From: Paramecium tetraurelia
Lineage: Eukaryota
Direction: 5' to 3'
Length of the DNA stretch: 64,000 bases
NCBI GenBank assembly: GCA_000165425.1
Contig: CT868060.1
Span: 1-64,000 of the forward strand
The position numbers were made by a program, and so were the translations under genes. The notes below the pieces were generated by a model. That model had not been told where the DNA came from, made no database searches, and saw nothing but the letters and a program-made list of their open reading frames with translations. Below, piece after piece: positions 38,109-51,297 of the stretch (position 1 is the first letter of the stretch; every line of letters starts with the position of its first letter).

Positions 38109-39625
38109 ATGAATATCATATTATTCGCAGTGTTGTTATTTGTGAGAGCAGATCACATACCAGAATTTAAGGCTGCCCTAGATTTCAATCAACTTAATAG
38201 CTTCAAGCAACATGTCCTTAAGCCAATTATAGGTCTTATCTAGGGGGCTCATCTCCCACTTGATATACAGTTAAATCAATCAATCCCCCTTATTGGTTAA
38301 GTGGAACTAGACATCAATGAAGTTTATTTATAAGAACTCACTCTCAATTGGGATGATACGTTTATCATGCCTTATCAAAATAGAGAAGATTCAATAATCT
38401 TACAAATGAGATCGGCAAATATCACAGTTGAAGCCTATGCTAGATTAGCCTTTGGAGGATGGTCAATGTTAAATACAGGCACTGTATTTAAGTTGTAGAA
38501 CCTGGATTTCAGCTTAGTCATTCAATTTGATCCCACCACATCCAAAAGATCATGGGTAAGAAACTTAAATATTTTAAGGGTTTCAAACCAATTATCAAAT
38601 ATGTCGACATTGCCTTATCACGCATGCAATTCATCATGGATAATATCATCATACCTCCTCAAGCTGGTATCAATGCCCTTATTGATCTTCTCACTCCCAT
38701 GATTGTGAAACAAACAAAAAAGATGATTCTCCAAGTTGCTTCACCAGCACTCGGGTTGTTATCGTAAAATCAAAGGTTACAACTGGCCCAACAATTCGGT
38801 GATTACATGTATTAATTCCAAATCACCTTCACTCAACCACCTAGTGTGATCTATGGAGAAACTACCTTCATGAGTCTTTAATTGGATATTCAAATAGAAA
38901 ATGTGGACACTGGCAATGGCTGTCCCATCTTCGATACTGGCAGCTTACCAAATCGAGTGAACTCCCATTAAGCCTTGGAACTCATCGTTGGTGGTAACAT
39001 TATCGACCAATTGCTTTGGCTATTGATAGACAGCAATATGTTGGATCTCACCATAGACAACTCCAGTTTGGAAAACATCGACTTGCCAATTTCATTAACT
39101 ACAAATGGAATGAAACTTATCATCCCTGATTTCTATGAGGCATACGGAGCCGATAAAGGCATCTATATACGTATGTATGGAAAGACAGCTGAATAATAAA
39201 TGTATATCAGAAGTGGTAGATTACTCGGAGCCATGACTGTTATGTTGGACTTCATTGTCGATACTGATTCTAGTAATTACCCAAAAAACAAGAGTAGTTG
39301 CGAATCATGTGTAATTGCTTATACTGCCGAAGTCCAATTGGGTCTCATGATCACACTCTACAATAAGTCACCAGAACTCTTTGCAGCTTCAGTCATGCTT
39401 GTCAAGATTATAGACATTGATTAAACTTCAGGGGAACTCTTGACAGTTCAATAGTTAAGCATCATGCAAACACTAAACTCTCTTGTTGGTGCTCTTCTTC
39501 CTACAATCAATCAAGATCTTAACAAAGGCATAGAAAATCCCTTTGTTGGATTTTTTGGACTCAAAGAAATTGATATCACAATGGGGGATAGTTTCATGTC
39601 TTTAGGAGTAGTACTTAATGATTGA
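38109..39625 (+). CDS. BPI/LBP/CETP (TULIP) superfamily secreted lipid-binding protein (~497 aa)
   Basis: Signal peptide MNIILFAVLLFVRA; two-domain pattern with FTQPP hinge, LTTNGMKLIIPDFYEAYG, and C-terminal LLPTINQDLNKGIENP..LKEIDITMGDSFMSLG; one 23-nt intron. Confidence 0.8.
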
Positions 39626-40546
39626 TGAAATAAATAGCATATACAAAAACATTAATTTTAAGATTGTTTCTAGATATTTTAATAATATAGAATAACTAAG
39701 CAATATTATAGAAATAGTATTAATCGCCATCTAAATCTTTCACTTTGTAGTTAGTTCTGAATTGTCCATTTCTATTTTAGCAACTTCAATAGATGAAGGA
39801 ATTCATTTCAATATAAAATATATATATCTTATATATATTTTTATTGATATAGAAGAAATTATAGTATGGTTTTTTAATTTTCTTGAAGAATACAATAATA
39901 CATTATTTTCTGTGACTTAATTGCACTTTATTATTGTATAAAATATTTGTGAATAGCAATTTGCATATATTATTGCTATAGAAAAAATATTAATGGAATT
40001 AAAAATATCTCAATATTTTATCAATTTTAATATGGTTATAATAGAATCAAATTATTTTTATTTACTGAGCTCTAAGCGCTTAGTCATCTGCAAATAGTCA
40101 TTAGCTCATATCCCTAATCTTTCAAACGGCCATGCAAATTTCCTTATTGATTCATATTCGAACATTCAATAGTAATAGAAGGTGCAGAACAACTCTAGAT
40201 TTTCCAACAATATAACCTTATATATTTGTTGTTTAAAATGAAATAGTTATTATGAAGCTGCTTAATCATGTATGAATCCCATCAAGATCCTTTTTGATAC
40301 AACATTTCCAGCCTGATATTTATGATTCCTTGCTATTTTTATTTTTTTGTAAGTCACCAAAATCGATATAAGATATCTTAGCTTGATTTAATACTCGTTA
40401 ATGAATTAGTGCCATTCTTATATTCAAATCACTTTGATATTATTGCTCATCCTACAAGTTCATTAATTTGGCATTGTCCAATTTTAGTATATTTTAAAAG
40501 TTATGCGGATTATAAATTGATAGGGATATAAATTGCAATAAAATAA

Positions 40547-41504
40547 TCAGTCTTAATATTATTATATTCTATCATAAACTTCTCTTTACACTATTTCTAG
40601 TGTAGATTAATCCAATTCTTTTAGAAGAGATAGTATTGCGCATAAGATGTTAGAGTTTCTTTCTTCCTCTGCATATTGTTATCTGATGATCTGTCTTTAG
40701 TATTATTGGGGTTGCTACTATTATAAGTAGATTTGTGATTATTGCTATTGCTAAATCGATGACTGATATTGTTGTTATTGTTGTTGTTGCAAGTACTATT
40801 GTTATTATTATTGTTGTTCTCTTTCTCTACCTGCCTGTTATTGTTGTTATGGGTAGTATTGTTACGGTTATTGTGGCTAATGATATGGTTGCTATTACTA
40901 TATGGATTGTCGTTATTGATTTTGTAATTATTCTCGTTAATTTGAATATCTTCCACCGCCATTATTTGGAGAATATTGATTTGGTTTGGTTACTTCTACA
41001 TGTTGTGCTATTTCTTCATCTGATTTTTGTGATGACTTTGTTGGAGGACTCTATGAAATTCCATATTGCAATTATATTTAGGCGTTTGCTCTATCTTGTT
41101 GGCTGATAACAACGTCGTCCAATTTTTCAAGTGTTGAAGAATTGCAAATCACAGCCTCTCTATAATTTGGATGGTCCGCAATTGGATTTTCTAATGTTTG
41201 AGAGAATTGTACCTTGAAGCCACAAGACTTTCAATTTAGGTAATTGTTATAGGAATTGCAATTCTGTAATACTTGATATGTTGTTCTTCCTCAGGTACAA
41301 TTCCTTAATGTTCTTGCATTTGGCGATGTCGGCGAGCGTGGTAATCCTATTCACTGACAAAGAAAGAACTTCAAGTTGAGGGAGTCTTTCAATGATTGAG
41401 ATATCGTCAAGGTCATTGCCCCATAAGTTCAGTGATTTGATACTATACAAAGCCTCAGTCTTAGCCTTCTAGGCGATTAGTGTTTAAGTTAGTGGTTTAG
41501 ACAT
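40547..41504 (-). CDS. CFAP410: Cilia- and flagella-associated protein 410 (C21orf2) orthologue
   Basis: N-terminal LRRs (IKSLNLWGNDLDDIS, LEVLSLSVNRITTL, ELYLRKNNI, LKVLWLQENP), Gln-rich linker, C-terminal NILCAILSLLKELD. Confidence 0.9.
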
Positions 41505-41536
41505 AGTTTGTGATAGTTATATTAATAAATTAATAA

Positions 41537-44500
41537 TCAATTTTACAATTTACCAATAATTTCTTCTAAAGATATCCCTTCACTTTGATTCAAAATTTAC
41601 TAAAATTAAGTAACCCTATCTTGCATGTCCTAATCAAGCTTATTTCTCATGAATTCCATGGTTTAGCCAATTAATTCGCATAAGACCTAGACGTCCTATT
41701 TAGAGATAAAGTTCTATAATTGCTCAAAATCAGAATCAAGTTAAGGATGCACAAACTTAAGATTTAATGAATATTCAAAGCAATTCAATTTTACTTTTCC
41801 ATCCTTTAAATATATGAATTCTAATGGTATTTATTATAGATATATTTAATGTGCATGAATTTACTTTAGAATCTAAGCGATACTTAAGTAAAAAGGATTC
41901 CACAAGATCATTCCAGTTGATTATATCTTTTGTGCATTTTCAACCCAAAAATTAAAAGTAATATGCATTACACTTTAATCAATTTACTCACAATTTAATT
42001 CGAAATCAACAAGTTTCATTACGAAATCTTGTTCATTCAATATTACCCAATTTATGAATTACTTCATTCTTGATATGATTTCTATGAAACTCTCACATGA
42101 AGCCTTATGAGAAATTATTTCATAGCGTTAACAAACATTTTCTAATTTTTTTGATTAAAAATTATTTGTATATTTAATGAACTATTTCATTACTTTTAGA
42201 AATGTTTAAATTGGTTTCATTTATTCTTTATCCTTATTATATTCAATTTGATTGAATAGCATTTCGATTAAGTTTCTTACTTTAGGATTTCTTATTTAAT
42301 ATTGATACAGAAATAGCCTCTTTAGAACCAATACAAAAGAGATTCTGATGGCTATAGGTTATGTGCAATCTCTAATCAAATCTTTTATGATTTCATTTTA
42401 AATATTTTGTATTGCAGCTAAATGATGTACATAAAACTATTCATTACCCCCTATGATTTGATAGGGATCAAATCCTTAAAATGGAGTGAAACCAGAAAAA
42501 TAATAGAATAATGACACTCCAAATGAGTACACATCATTCTTTCTACTCTAATAATTGCTGTTTATTAATTCAGGATCTCTGTATGAAATACTCATTTAAT
42601 TTGACCGATCCCCTAGATACTAAGACTTATAAGAATATTTGGACAATCCAAAATCAATAATAACAGGATTATTCTTAGAATCAACTAAAACATTTTCAGG
42701 TTTCAGATCTAGATGCAGCAATCTTCTTTCAAATTATAATGCTGCAAGTCCTAATGATAGTTTGTAAATGAATTTCATCTTATCTTCTTCGCCCCAATCC
42801 TTCACCACCTAGTTATTATTATAAACTTTTGTGACTAGAAAAATTTTTATAATTTTTTATTAACCCAATTCTTCAAAGTAAAGTCCTAATTGTTCAATTT
42901 TTAGACAATATTTAATCTTAGAAACAGTGTTGTCGCAAAGGATGCAGATTTCTTAAAGAATATTTTCAAGTCTAGATTTCTCATCATCAGTCATGGAGTC
43001 TTCTGAGTCTTTAAAATCAAACGAGATCACTTTTGCAGCATAAGATTAACATTAAAAATTGAATTTGTAGATTTAACCATTTCCTCCTTAACCAATCTTC
43101 TATTACTCTAAATCATTATTATTAATTAATTCATAGATTTCACATTTTAGAAAATGAGTTTTTTTTACGAATTCATCTAATAGCTATAATAATTGTGAAT
43201 CCTATTCCCATCTTAATTTAAATTTCAGGACACTATAAAATAGTTTAATGTCTTATCTAATTGGGAGATTCAATTTCAATTTTGATTTAAAATATTCATC
43301 CTGCTGAGTAAAATCGGTAAATAATTCAGATTCACTTAAATTAGAGGATTTTCTTGAAAACTTTTCTGATTTGGTCAGCTCTGAAGGTAAAGGTTATAAA
43401 TTCTGAAGGTACTTATTAGCAATTTAATACTACTCTTTATTTTTAGCTATTTCTTTAAAATAATTTATAGAATTTTCATGAAGGCTTTATTTTTCAAAAT
43501 TACCCAGCAATACACTTTTATTTTAAATCATTTAGTCTTCTTGGGTCTTTATCAGAATTGCACAATTCAATTTACTGTTGGAACTGCTTAATTATGTATA
43601 GGCTTCGATGGCTTCTTCAATTTTACCTTAATAATCTAAAATCTATGCCATTATTTCATGATTCTTTGTTTACAATGCCAACTTAAAAGCTTCCTCAAAA
43701 TCATGTATAAAAATGTAAAGCTATGGTTTCAAATTCAAAGCAAAGAAATTCTTTTATGCAAGTAAAACTCTCAGCAGTGGATACAGATTGAGATTCAAAT
43801 ATTGTAACACACAAATATCTCTATGGCGAACTAAAGCATTTATTATAAGCATTTCCTCTACAGCCCTGTAGTAGCTTTTAATTTCTATACATTAATATAA
43901 CCTATCTTTAGGAGAGTTAAAAATGGAAGTGATGTTTGAAAAAAAATTGGAACTCTTTCGCTTGATGTCTTGTCTCTCCTAACATATTGATTCAGTCTTA
44001 TTCAGTATAAATTCTAATTGTTTCTTCCCTTCATTGTCCTTAAATATGATTTCTTGTTAATCAGCAAGTTTCCAGAATTAGTATTACAGCAAAGTAAAAT
44101 ATCTTTTTTAGTTGCTACTATTACTTTATAGGATGATTGGAGCAATTTGGCCCTTGATATATGTTCTCAATTTAGAGGAATTTTTATAGACGCTCATCAA
44201 CAGTTACAGAAATATACATTGATGGTAGATTTACCTATTCTTCGGTTAATAGAAGTTTATGCCTTAATTTTGGTGTCGCAATATTTAGATGCCTAAGTTT
44301 TTGAGTTTCTTCTGTAATCCATCAATCTCTCCTTACAAAAATTTGATTTTACAAATCTTAAAAGTGATGTAGATGCTATATTTTTCTCTATTTTAATGAT
44401 ATTTTGTTTGATTTTGCAACTTTTTATAAAATTTTAGAGCATATTCCCAGAGTCTTAATTTTGATAAGCATTTTCCAACCAATAGCAGTTTCAAAAAAAG

Positions 44501-45046
44501 ATTATCCTAAATATCTGATAGATCCATAATTTGATTCAACAAAGACTCTTACACAGAAGGTCTCTTGGAATAAAAGAAATTTTGAAATTGTTTATGATCC
44601 AATTGAATCAAACCGAAAATAACAATACCTGCTAACTCATTATGAAATGTTTCAGTTAAATAACCATAATTGTAGTTCTTTTCTATAAATGAGATAGCCA
44701 CTTTCATTTTTGAATCTTCAATTGAGGATTGAATCATTCCTCTATCCCTCTACGATAAAAATTGATAAGAATTAGTAATGATCTACTATCTTTTTTGGAG
44801 TTTGAGATCGTAAAAAATATCCTATGTTTGGGTCTAACTAATGGCAAATGGATAGTAATCCCAATAGAACATTTAATTTAATAATTCGAGCAATTTTTGA
44901 GTACTAACAATCAAATTTACTACTTCCTCCAAAGTGGTAAATTGGACTTACTTAAATTTATTTATTAAGGTATTCTACAACTTTCCAAAATACTCCTAGG
45001 CTGAAGGATCATAATTACACTTCTAAGCCACAAACGTTAAAAACAT
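41537..45046 (-). CDS. Large protein: helical/TPR-like N-terminus, protein kinase, and degenerate second kinase-like domain
   Basis: IGQGGNGQIY, AAK, HLDLKPEN, DFG, YRDPE, DVYSFG at ~43100-42500. The frame stays open to the TGA at 41537 and upstream to at least a GTG at 45133. Confidence 0.8.
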
Positions 45047-45444
45047 TCCCCATTCGTTCTCATTGTCTAGATTTATACATTTATTTATATCCAAATTTTA
45101 GCCAATCACAAAAAGTAAAAACCAAGGAATCACTTATATTAGTTATTAAGTATTATTTAATTCGATTTCACTTAAAGGAATAAATATAGTTTTAGCAATT
45201 TGGTTATTCAACTCTTACTCAGAATAATTATACACTTTTATTATTTCATAATAAGAATCATCAAATATTACGGTGTACAATAAAGTAGCGATTTTTTAAT
45301 TTTCGTGACTTACCATTTAACTTATTCGTTTTTAGAGATGGGAGAAATACTTCTGTTACAAATTTTCAATCCTTTACTATCGATCTTAATCCATTTAGTA
45401 ATTTAATTATTAAATATAATAGTGTTGAATTTTCATAGAATATT

Positions 45445-47325
45445 TCAAGCTATGTGAGAAGGAGGTTTCCAAACAGGAGGATACAGAAACTATTTAATTT
45501 AATTAACAACCTTCTATATGAAAAACTATTTACATCATGACTCCAAAGCTTGGTATATTTAGTTGGACTTAATTTTAGTTTATTCATTTTTAAAGCCCAT
45601 AAATTTTATTCCTTTTATGACAATAGCACTTGCTTATTCCTTTTACTCCTACCTTGCACTGATCGATTTGACTGCCCCCGTCCATACCCTTATATTCTCT
45701 CCGTGTTATGAAAACTGTTGATGCCCTTCGCCTTTGGAGATCCTGACAATCCGACACTTTGGAAGTGAGCACTATTTTTACTACTCTAATCTTGGAATGA
45801 GTGATTAATATTGTATTGAGTTGGATGTTTCTTATTCATGTTCAATTTAGGCAAAAATTATTTTTTGGATTCAGTTTAGATAGCAACACTTGAACTATGT
45901 TACCTCTATGTCATTTCCAAAGATTAAACTTGTAGCTCCTAATCCAATAGACTCAACAAATCAAATTATTTTTGAAGTATAGGTTGTTTTGGATGGAATT
46001 ACATATCATGATGACTAGTATTATGGGAGATATTTTGAGCTACAGTCTCCGCTTTAGACCCAAAAATATCCTTTTAGAATTGATCTCCAATCGCATCCAA
46101 ATCAGGCTCTTCAGCTATTCTTGATTATATTTCCTAGTTGTCTATTATCTCTTTAACTCTGTGTTATTAAGGAAAATCATTCAATGAAACCCTAACATTA
46201 TCAAAAGAATCTAGTTAGTTCTACTTCCAATTCCCTTTCAAAATCAATTAATCGTACTAATAAACTCCTTCTCCATCCATCAAACCTTCTCTCCAATACC
46301 CCTTATAAATTGCCTTGTCAGTCCAAACAATCTATCCATATCCACACCTTTTGTCCTCCATAAAATTCCCAGTGTATAGTGTACCATTGGCATATTCAAA
46401 AGTGCCTTCGCCGCATTTCTTATCATTTGCATAATATCCTTTATATCGATTTATCCCATTATTTGTCTAACTTTACCAAGTTCCATATCCATTCCTTAAC
46501 CCGTTATCAAATTCTCCTTGATAATAATTTCCATTGCTCCAATAATACTCCCCTTTTCCATTTGGTTTTCCATTACGATACTCACCATTGTAAGAATCAC
46601 CATTCTCCAAGTACTCCTTACCCAAACCATGCTTCAGGTCGTTGATTACCTCACCCACATATCTATTAATTTTATTAATATTTTGAAATACATGCAGCCA
46701 TTAACATGTAAACAGAATCCATAACATCTTCCATTCTGCCATTGACCCAAATAATAGTCTGAATGAATCCCTTAATACCATCCAATCCCATGCTAATAAA
46801 TTAATTCTCAAACATTACTTTTTTGCCCTAATGCCATTGACCAACGTATTTAAAACTTCTTGACCAAAACACTCCCTCTCCTTAAGGTAATCCATTTACA
46901 TAGTTCCCGTAATAGTATGAATTGTTTTTGAGGACTTCAAATCCTATTCCTTCCTTTTTGTCCCTTTCAAAAGCACCTTCGTACAATTGCAATGTTTATT
47001 TTATTAAGATGCCTTATCCTTATCGAAGTCCGTCAACTATGCTTCCAAAAAATGCTGCGTTTTTATAGAGTTTGATTTTGATATCTTAAGCCTAACTCAA
47101 ATCAAGGATGATCGGCTTATAGTTTTTAAAAAATTCAATCGCATTGTCTTGAGTCGGAAATTCATACTCATTTATTTGATTAGGTATAGGAAACTTGGTC
47201 TTAATTTGCTGAATTAGCATGTGATATTATTGCAGAATTGGGCTTTGATACACCTCTGAAAGTTATTCATAATGCCACTCTTCTAAATCAGGGAATAATA
47301 GCTATATATTGTATTATTTTATCAT
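45445..47325 (-). CDS. MORN-repeat protein with low-complexity tail
   Basis: Many YxGx[FW]xxxxxxGxG repeats (47050-46200); ends FLYPPVWKPPSHIA* after a 20-nt intron. Confidence 0.85.
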
Positions 47326-48858
47326 TAATATAGATAATGTTAAACTAATCAACAACATCTTTAACAAACGACAGATGTTGTCATACCATAAGAAATATAC
47401 TATAATAAAATTCTATAACTTGGTATTGCTTCACCTCAATTCATAGGACAGAGCCAATGTTAATTTCGGGTATGACTTCTTAGCATCCATACAAAAACTT
47501 AAATTTTCTTGTCATCGCTCATTCTCTCACTTAAAATTCTTATCCAATGCTTTAAGCTATTTATATTCGCTAGTAACTGGTTCCTTATTTCTAATTCATT
47601 CATAGACATTCTATATTTGACCATTCAAATTCAAATCCTACTTATCTGATATCTAAGTATCTTCTCTTTACTTAAAATTTCAAACCTCCAAGAAATTGAA
47701 ATAAAAGGACACTAAGATAAGTTTACACTTAATTCTCACTTTCCTATACTTCTAATTCATTGTCTGAGACACATTTTCCACATATTGCTCTAAAATTCAA
47801 AAATTTTTTCTCTTCACACTATTTTCCAAAGTGTTTTTGTTACTAATCCAATTCAATGAGTTTCAATAAATGGCTTTGTAATTCTGATCTAAAGATGTTT
47901 TTAAAGTATTCTGTGTCTGTTGATTCATATTCTTAAAGATTTATTTGATAGAAACTTAAACAATTCTCTTGACTTATTTGAATTAAACTAGTTACAATGT
48001 TGTTTCTCTTGTCCTTTCTCTACTAATTTCCTGTCTCCATTCTGATAAAAGTCTCATAGAGATTATAAAATAAAAACTACTAAATTAATTCTATATTTCT
48101 TTTTCACCATTATTCTCACTTTTCAATCACAGATGATGCTCATATTTGAACTTTCTTTCTGTTTAGATAGTTTTTACTTGGATATTATACAAAAACCTTA
48201 AGTTAAATAATAATAGAATTAAAAAATTATGAACAGAAATATTCTATTCAAGTGTTAGACGTGTAACCTCATATTAAAGTATGTCTTTGATCTATCGAGT
48301 TTAAATTATCTTAGATTAAAGTCTCAGTTTTTAATTCTGATTTGGATTACTTCCTTTCTGAACATCCTATTATTAAACAATATGATGTATAGAATCCATA
48401 TAATATACCTGTTTTTTAACTTAATGTTGACTTCATTAAGTCAGAATAATGAGGTTGTTATGGAATATTGGCTATATGGACCAAAGCTAGAAAATACTTT
48501 TAGTTAAGACCATATATTTAGAAACTGTGGGTCTTTATTTCATTCTGGTTGCAATAATTAATAGTATTATGGCTTCCCTTAGACTATATTGCAAAGGTGA
48601 TAGCATTTTTCAAATTACACAACGATTTACTTTTTTAAATTTATGAATTTGTTAGAAAAAAATAATAAGATACGCTTTGCATTTTCCTCTAAATAAAGAT
48701 GCAAGAATGTTGTTTACGCTGTACTTTGTTGACAGAAAGTTAAAATGTTAACTAAATGCGTCTAGAAAGAAATAGAATATAATTTTTGTTTTAAATTGAA
48801 TCAAAATGGGTTTAAATCCATCTTTTAAGCAAGAAAATTTCATTATTAAAATTAAAAA

Positions 48859-50019
48859 ATGAAATCATTCATTGTAGTGGTTGCAATTCTTGCCTTAGCA
48901 TCAGCTTAAAGACTTGATATCAACAGCGCTAGCTGTAACAATTACTTAAAGAAGTTTGGGACAGCTAATAATCCTGATGGATCTGGAGCAACAAAACTTG
49001 CATTCACAGGAGATGTTGCATTTGGAACTGGATCCACTGATGTTAAGGTGAACCTTCGGTATTCCGATGTTGACCTTTTCAATGATGCAACATACTTTGG
49101 TCTTGTTCAAGAAGATGGAAAAACAGCAGCTACCACATGTCTTGACCTTAAATTATGGAAATTCACTTCCAACACCTACTCAGATCCAGTTTAAGTTACT
49201 GATCTTCCCATAACCGCATCAAATAACTTTTAAAAATAATGGAGATACTATACATTCACAATTCCAGGAAAGGATTTAGGAACTAGGTTGGTCACAACAA
49301 CTAATTCCAATTAATTTGTGTACAAAGGCTATTATGCTGTTGCTTATTATGCAGCAGGAACCGACCAAGTCTAGTACACATTTTATTTTGAGTTTCAACT
49401 GACTGTCGACAAGTCAAGCGGTGCCTCCGTTGACACTGCATTCAAGCCATTAACTTAAACGTCAACATTAGGATGTACTCCTAATGCAGCTTGTACCACA
49501 AAAGCTGATACAGTTTTAAAATGGTGCACTGATTTAAATTGCACTGCATTTTCGCAGCCCGATTTACATTTAAATGATCAATTCGTTCTCCAATAAGTCG
49601 TTACAACTGCAAATATGAACTATTATTTGACTGGAACTGAAGTCTGGTATACTGGTAATGGATTGAATAAGAAAGCAACAATAGTTTCAGTTAATAATTC
49701 AGTCAAAGGCCAAGTTATTATCTAATTAAAGGCTGAAATTGCTTGGAGAGCAGTCACAATTAAAGTTACCTCTACTTTATCAACAACTTAAACAGGAGCA
49801 AGAAGAATTTTGGTTTAAACTACCTATGACCCAGTAAGTGGTGAAACATAGCAAATTGAATGTATCAAGGCTCAAGGATCAGAAAAATGTCCAACATGCG
49901 AGGAAGAAAAAAATGCAAATGGATATTCCAGCGATACTTGTGTCGATGGAAATGATGATGATGGCTCTAATGGCTATATCTTAGCAGCAGGATTATTTGC
50001 CATGTTTATAATGGTGTGA
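48859..50019 (+). CDS. Surface-protein family copy A (386 aa): signal peptide, beta-rich body, RRIL, Cys cluster, GPI-type tail
   Basis: Intronless open frame MKSFIVVVAILALASAQ...GARRILVQ...GYILAAGLFAMFIMV*; highly similar to copies B-D. Confidence 0.9.
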
Positions 50020-50221
50020 TTATTTTAATTTGAAGCATTATAAACCAACTAATTATTTTTTTTCATTATTTTTTAGAAATATAAAATGTCATAGAAATTA
50101 TGTAACTTACTTAATAAATGTTTAGATTATAAATTATTCAGAAAATCTTCAAACTTTTTTACTGATGGTGGATAAATTATGGAAATGAGTAATCAAATAT
50201 GAGAATTTAAAATTAATATAT

Positions 50222-51244
50222 TCAGGTTTCTCCTTCAGCTGTTTAATCATTTTCTCCTTCTATTTTAACTCTTCTCCCATTTTCCCAGATTCCAGCTTTT
50301 CTTTCTCCAGTTTCAGTGATGATTACTCCTTTGCCATTTTACTTTCCCAAAGCCCATTCTCCTTCATATCTTTTACCGTTATTCCATGAAAAAACTCCTT
50401 GGCCATGTTTTTTATCGTCTAAATAGTATCCTTTGTAGCTTTTCCCATCTGGCCATACTGTTTCACCATATCCATTCATTTTATTGTTTAACCAATTTCC
50501 TGTGTAAGATTTCCCATCATTCCAGGTATATTTACCTGAACCACTTATTTCATTGTCCAAAAAATCTCCTTCATAAATGCTATTATCTGCAAATTAAAGT
50601 TTTCCCTTTCCATTTTTTTTTCCAAATGTATACATTCCCTTTAGAATTAGAGGATTAATACTTCATATTTAGAGCCATCAGGCCAAACTTCAACTCCTTT
50701 TCCATGCTACTAATCATTCAACCACTCTCCATCGTATTTAGCACCACCAGCATGCACATATGTACCTACCCCATTTGCCATATCATTTGCCCATTATCCT
50801 TCATAAATATCGCCATCTCCATGGACTAAAAATGCTGATGATAACGGAGATACCTAATTTCCCTTTACCCTCAGCTTTATCAGCCTTCCATTCCCCTTCA
50901 TAAAAACCTCCATCAGCCCAAAACTCATATAAATTTTTCAATTTTACATGCAATCCAAAGCCATCCCTCATACAATTGTACCACTCCCCTTCATAATAAC
51001 CTCCATTAATCATGCTTATTCTGGGAAGTTTTTGCCGAATCCCTTTCGTACTCTGAACAAGTTATTAAGATTCATCATTGGCTGGTTTATTGTCCTCTGA
51101 ATAAGAATATAAAAATCAACCATGAGTAAAAGTTTGTGCATCCTATTGTTTCACTTTATCCAATATTTAGTGTTCACTTCCTCCTCTTTGTGTCTATATT
51201 TCTTCTTCCCCTAGCTTTTTAGGAATGCAATTACAACTACCCAT
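50222..51244 (-). CDS. MORN-repeat protein with MGSCNC N-terminus (predicted myristoylation and palmitoylation)
   Basis: YEGEW/YTGNW/YKGYY MORN repeats; several tiny introns. Confidence 0.88.
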
Positions 51245-51297
51245 ATAATAATAATATATATTAATGTATAAAATCGCCATTACTATTATTAGATAAT

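Noticed and set aside
40621..41106. Asn-rich (-) and Val/Ile-rich (+) ORFs
   Set aside because: Off-frame and antisense shadows of the Gln-rich CFAP410 linker.
47400..48800. Coding-like minus-strand stretch; similar relics at 21900-22550, 39700-40500, 61850-62650 and 63670-64000
   Set aside because: Multiple TGAs in the frames examined; likely pseudogene remnants that I cannot identify.
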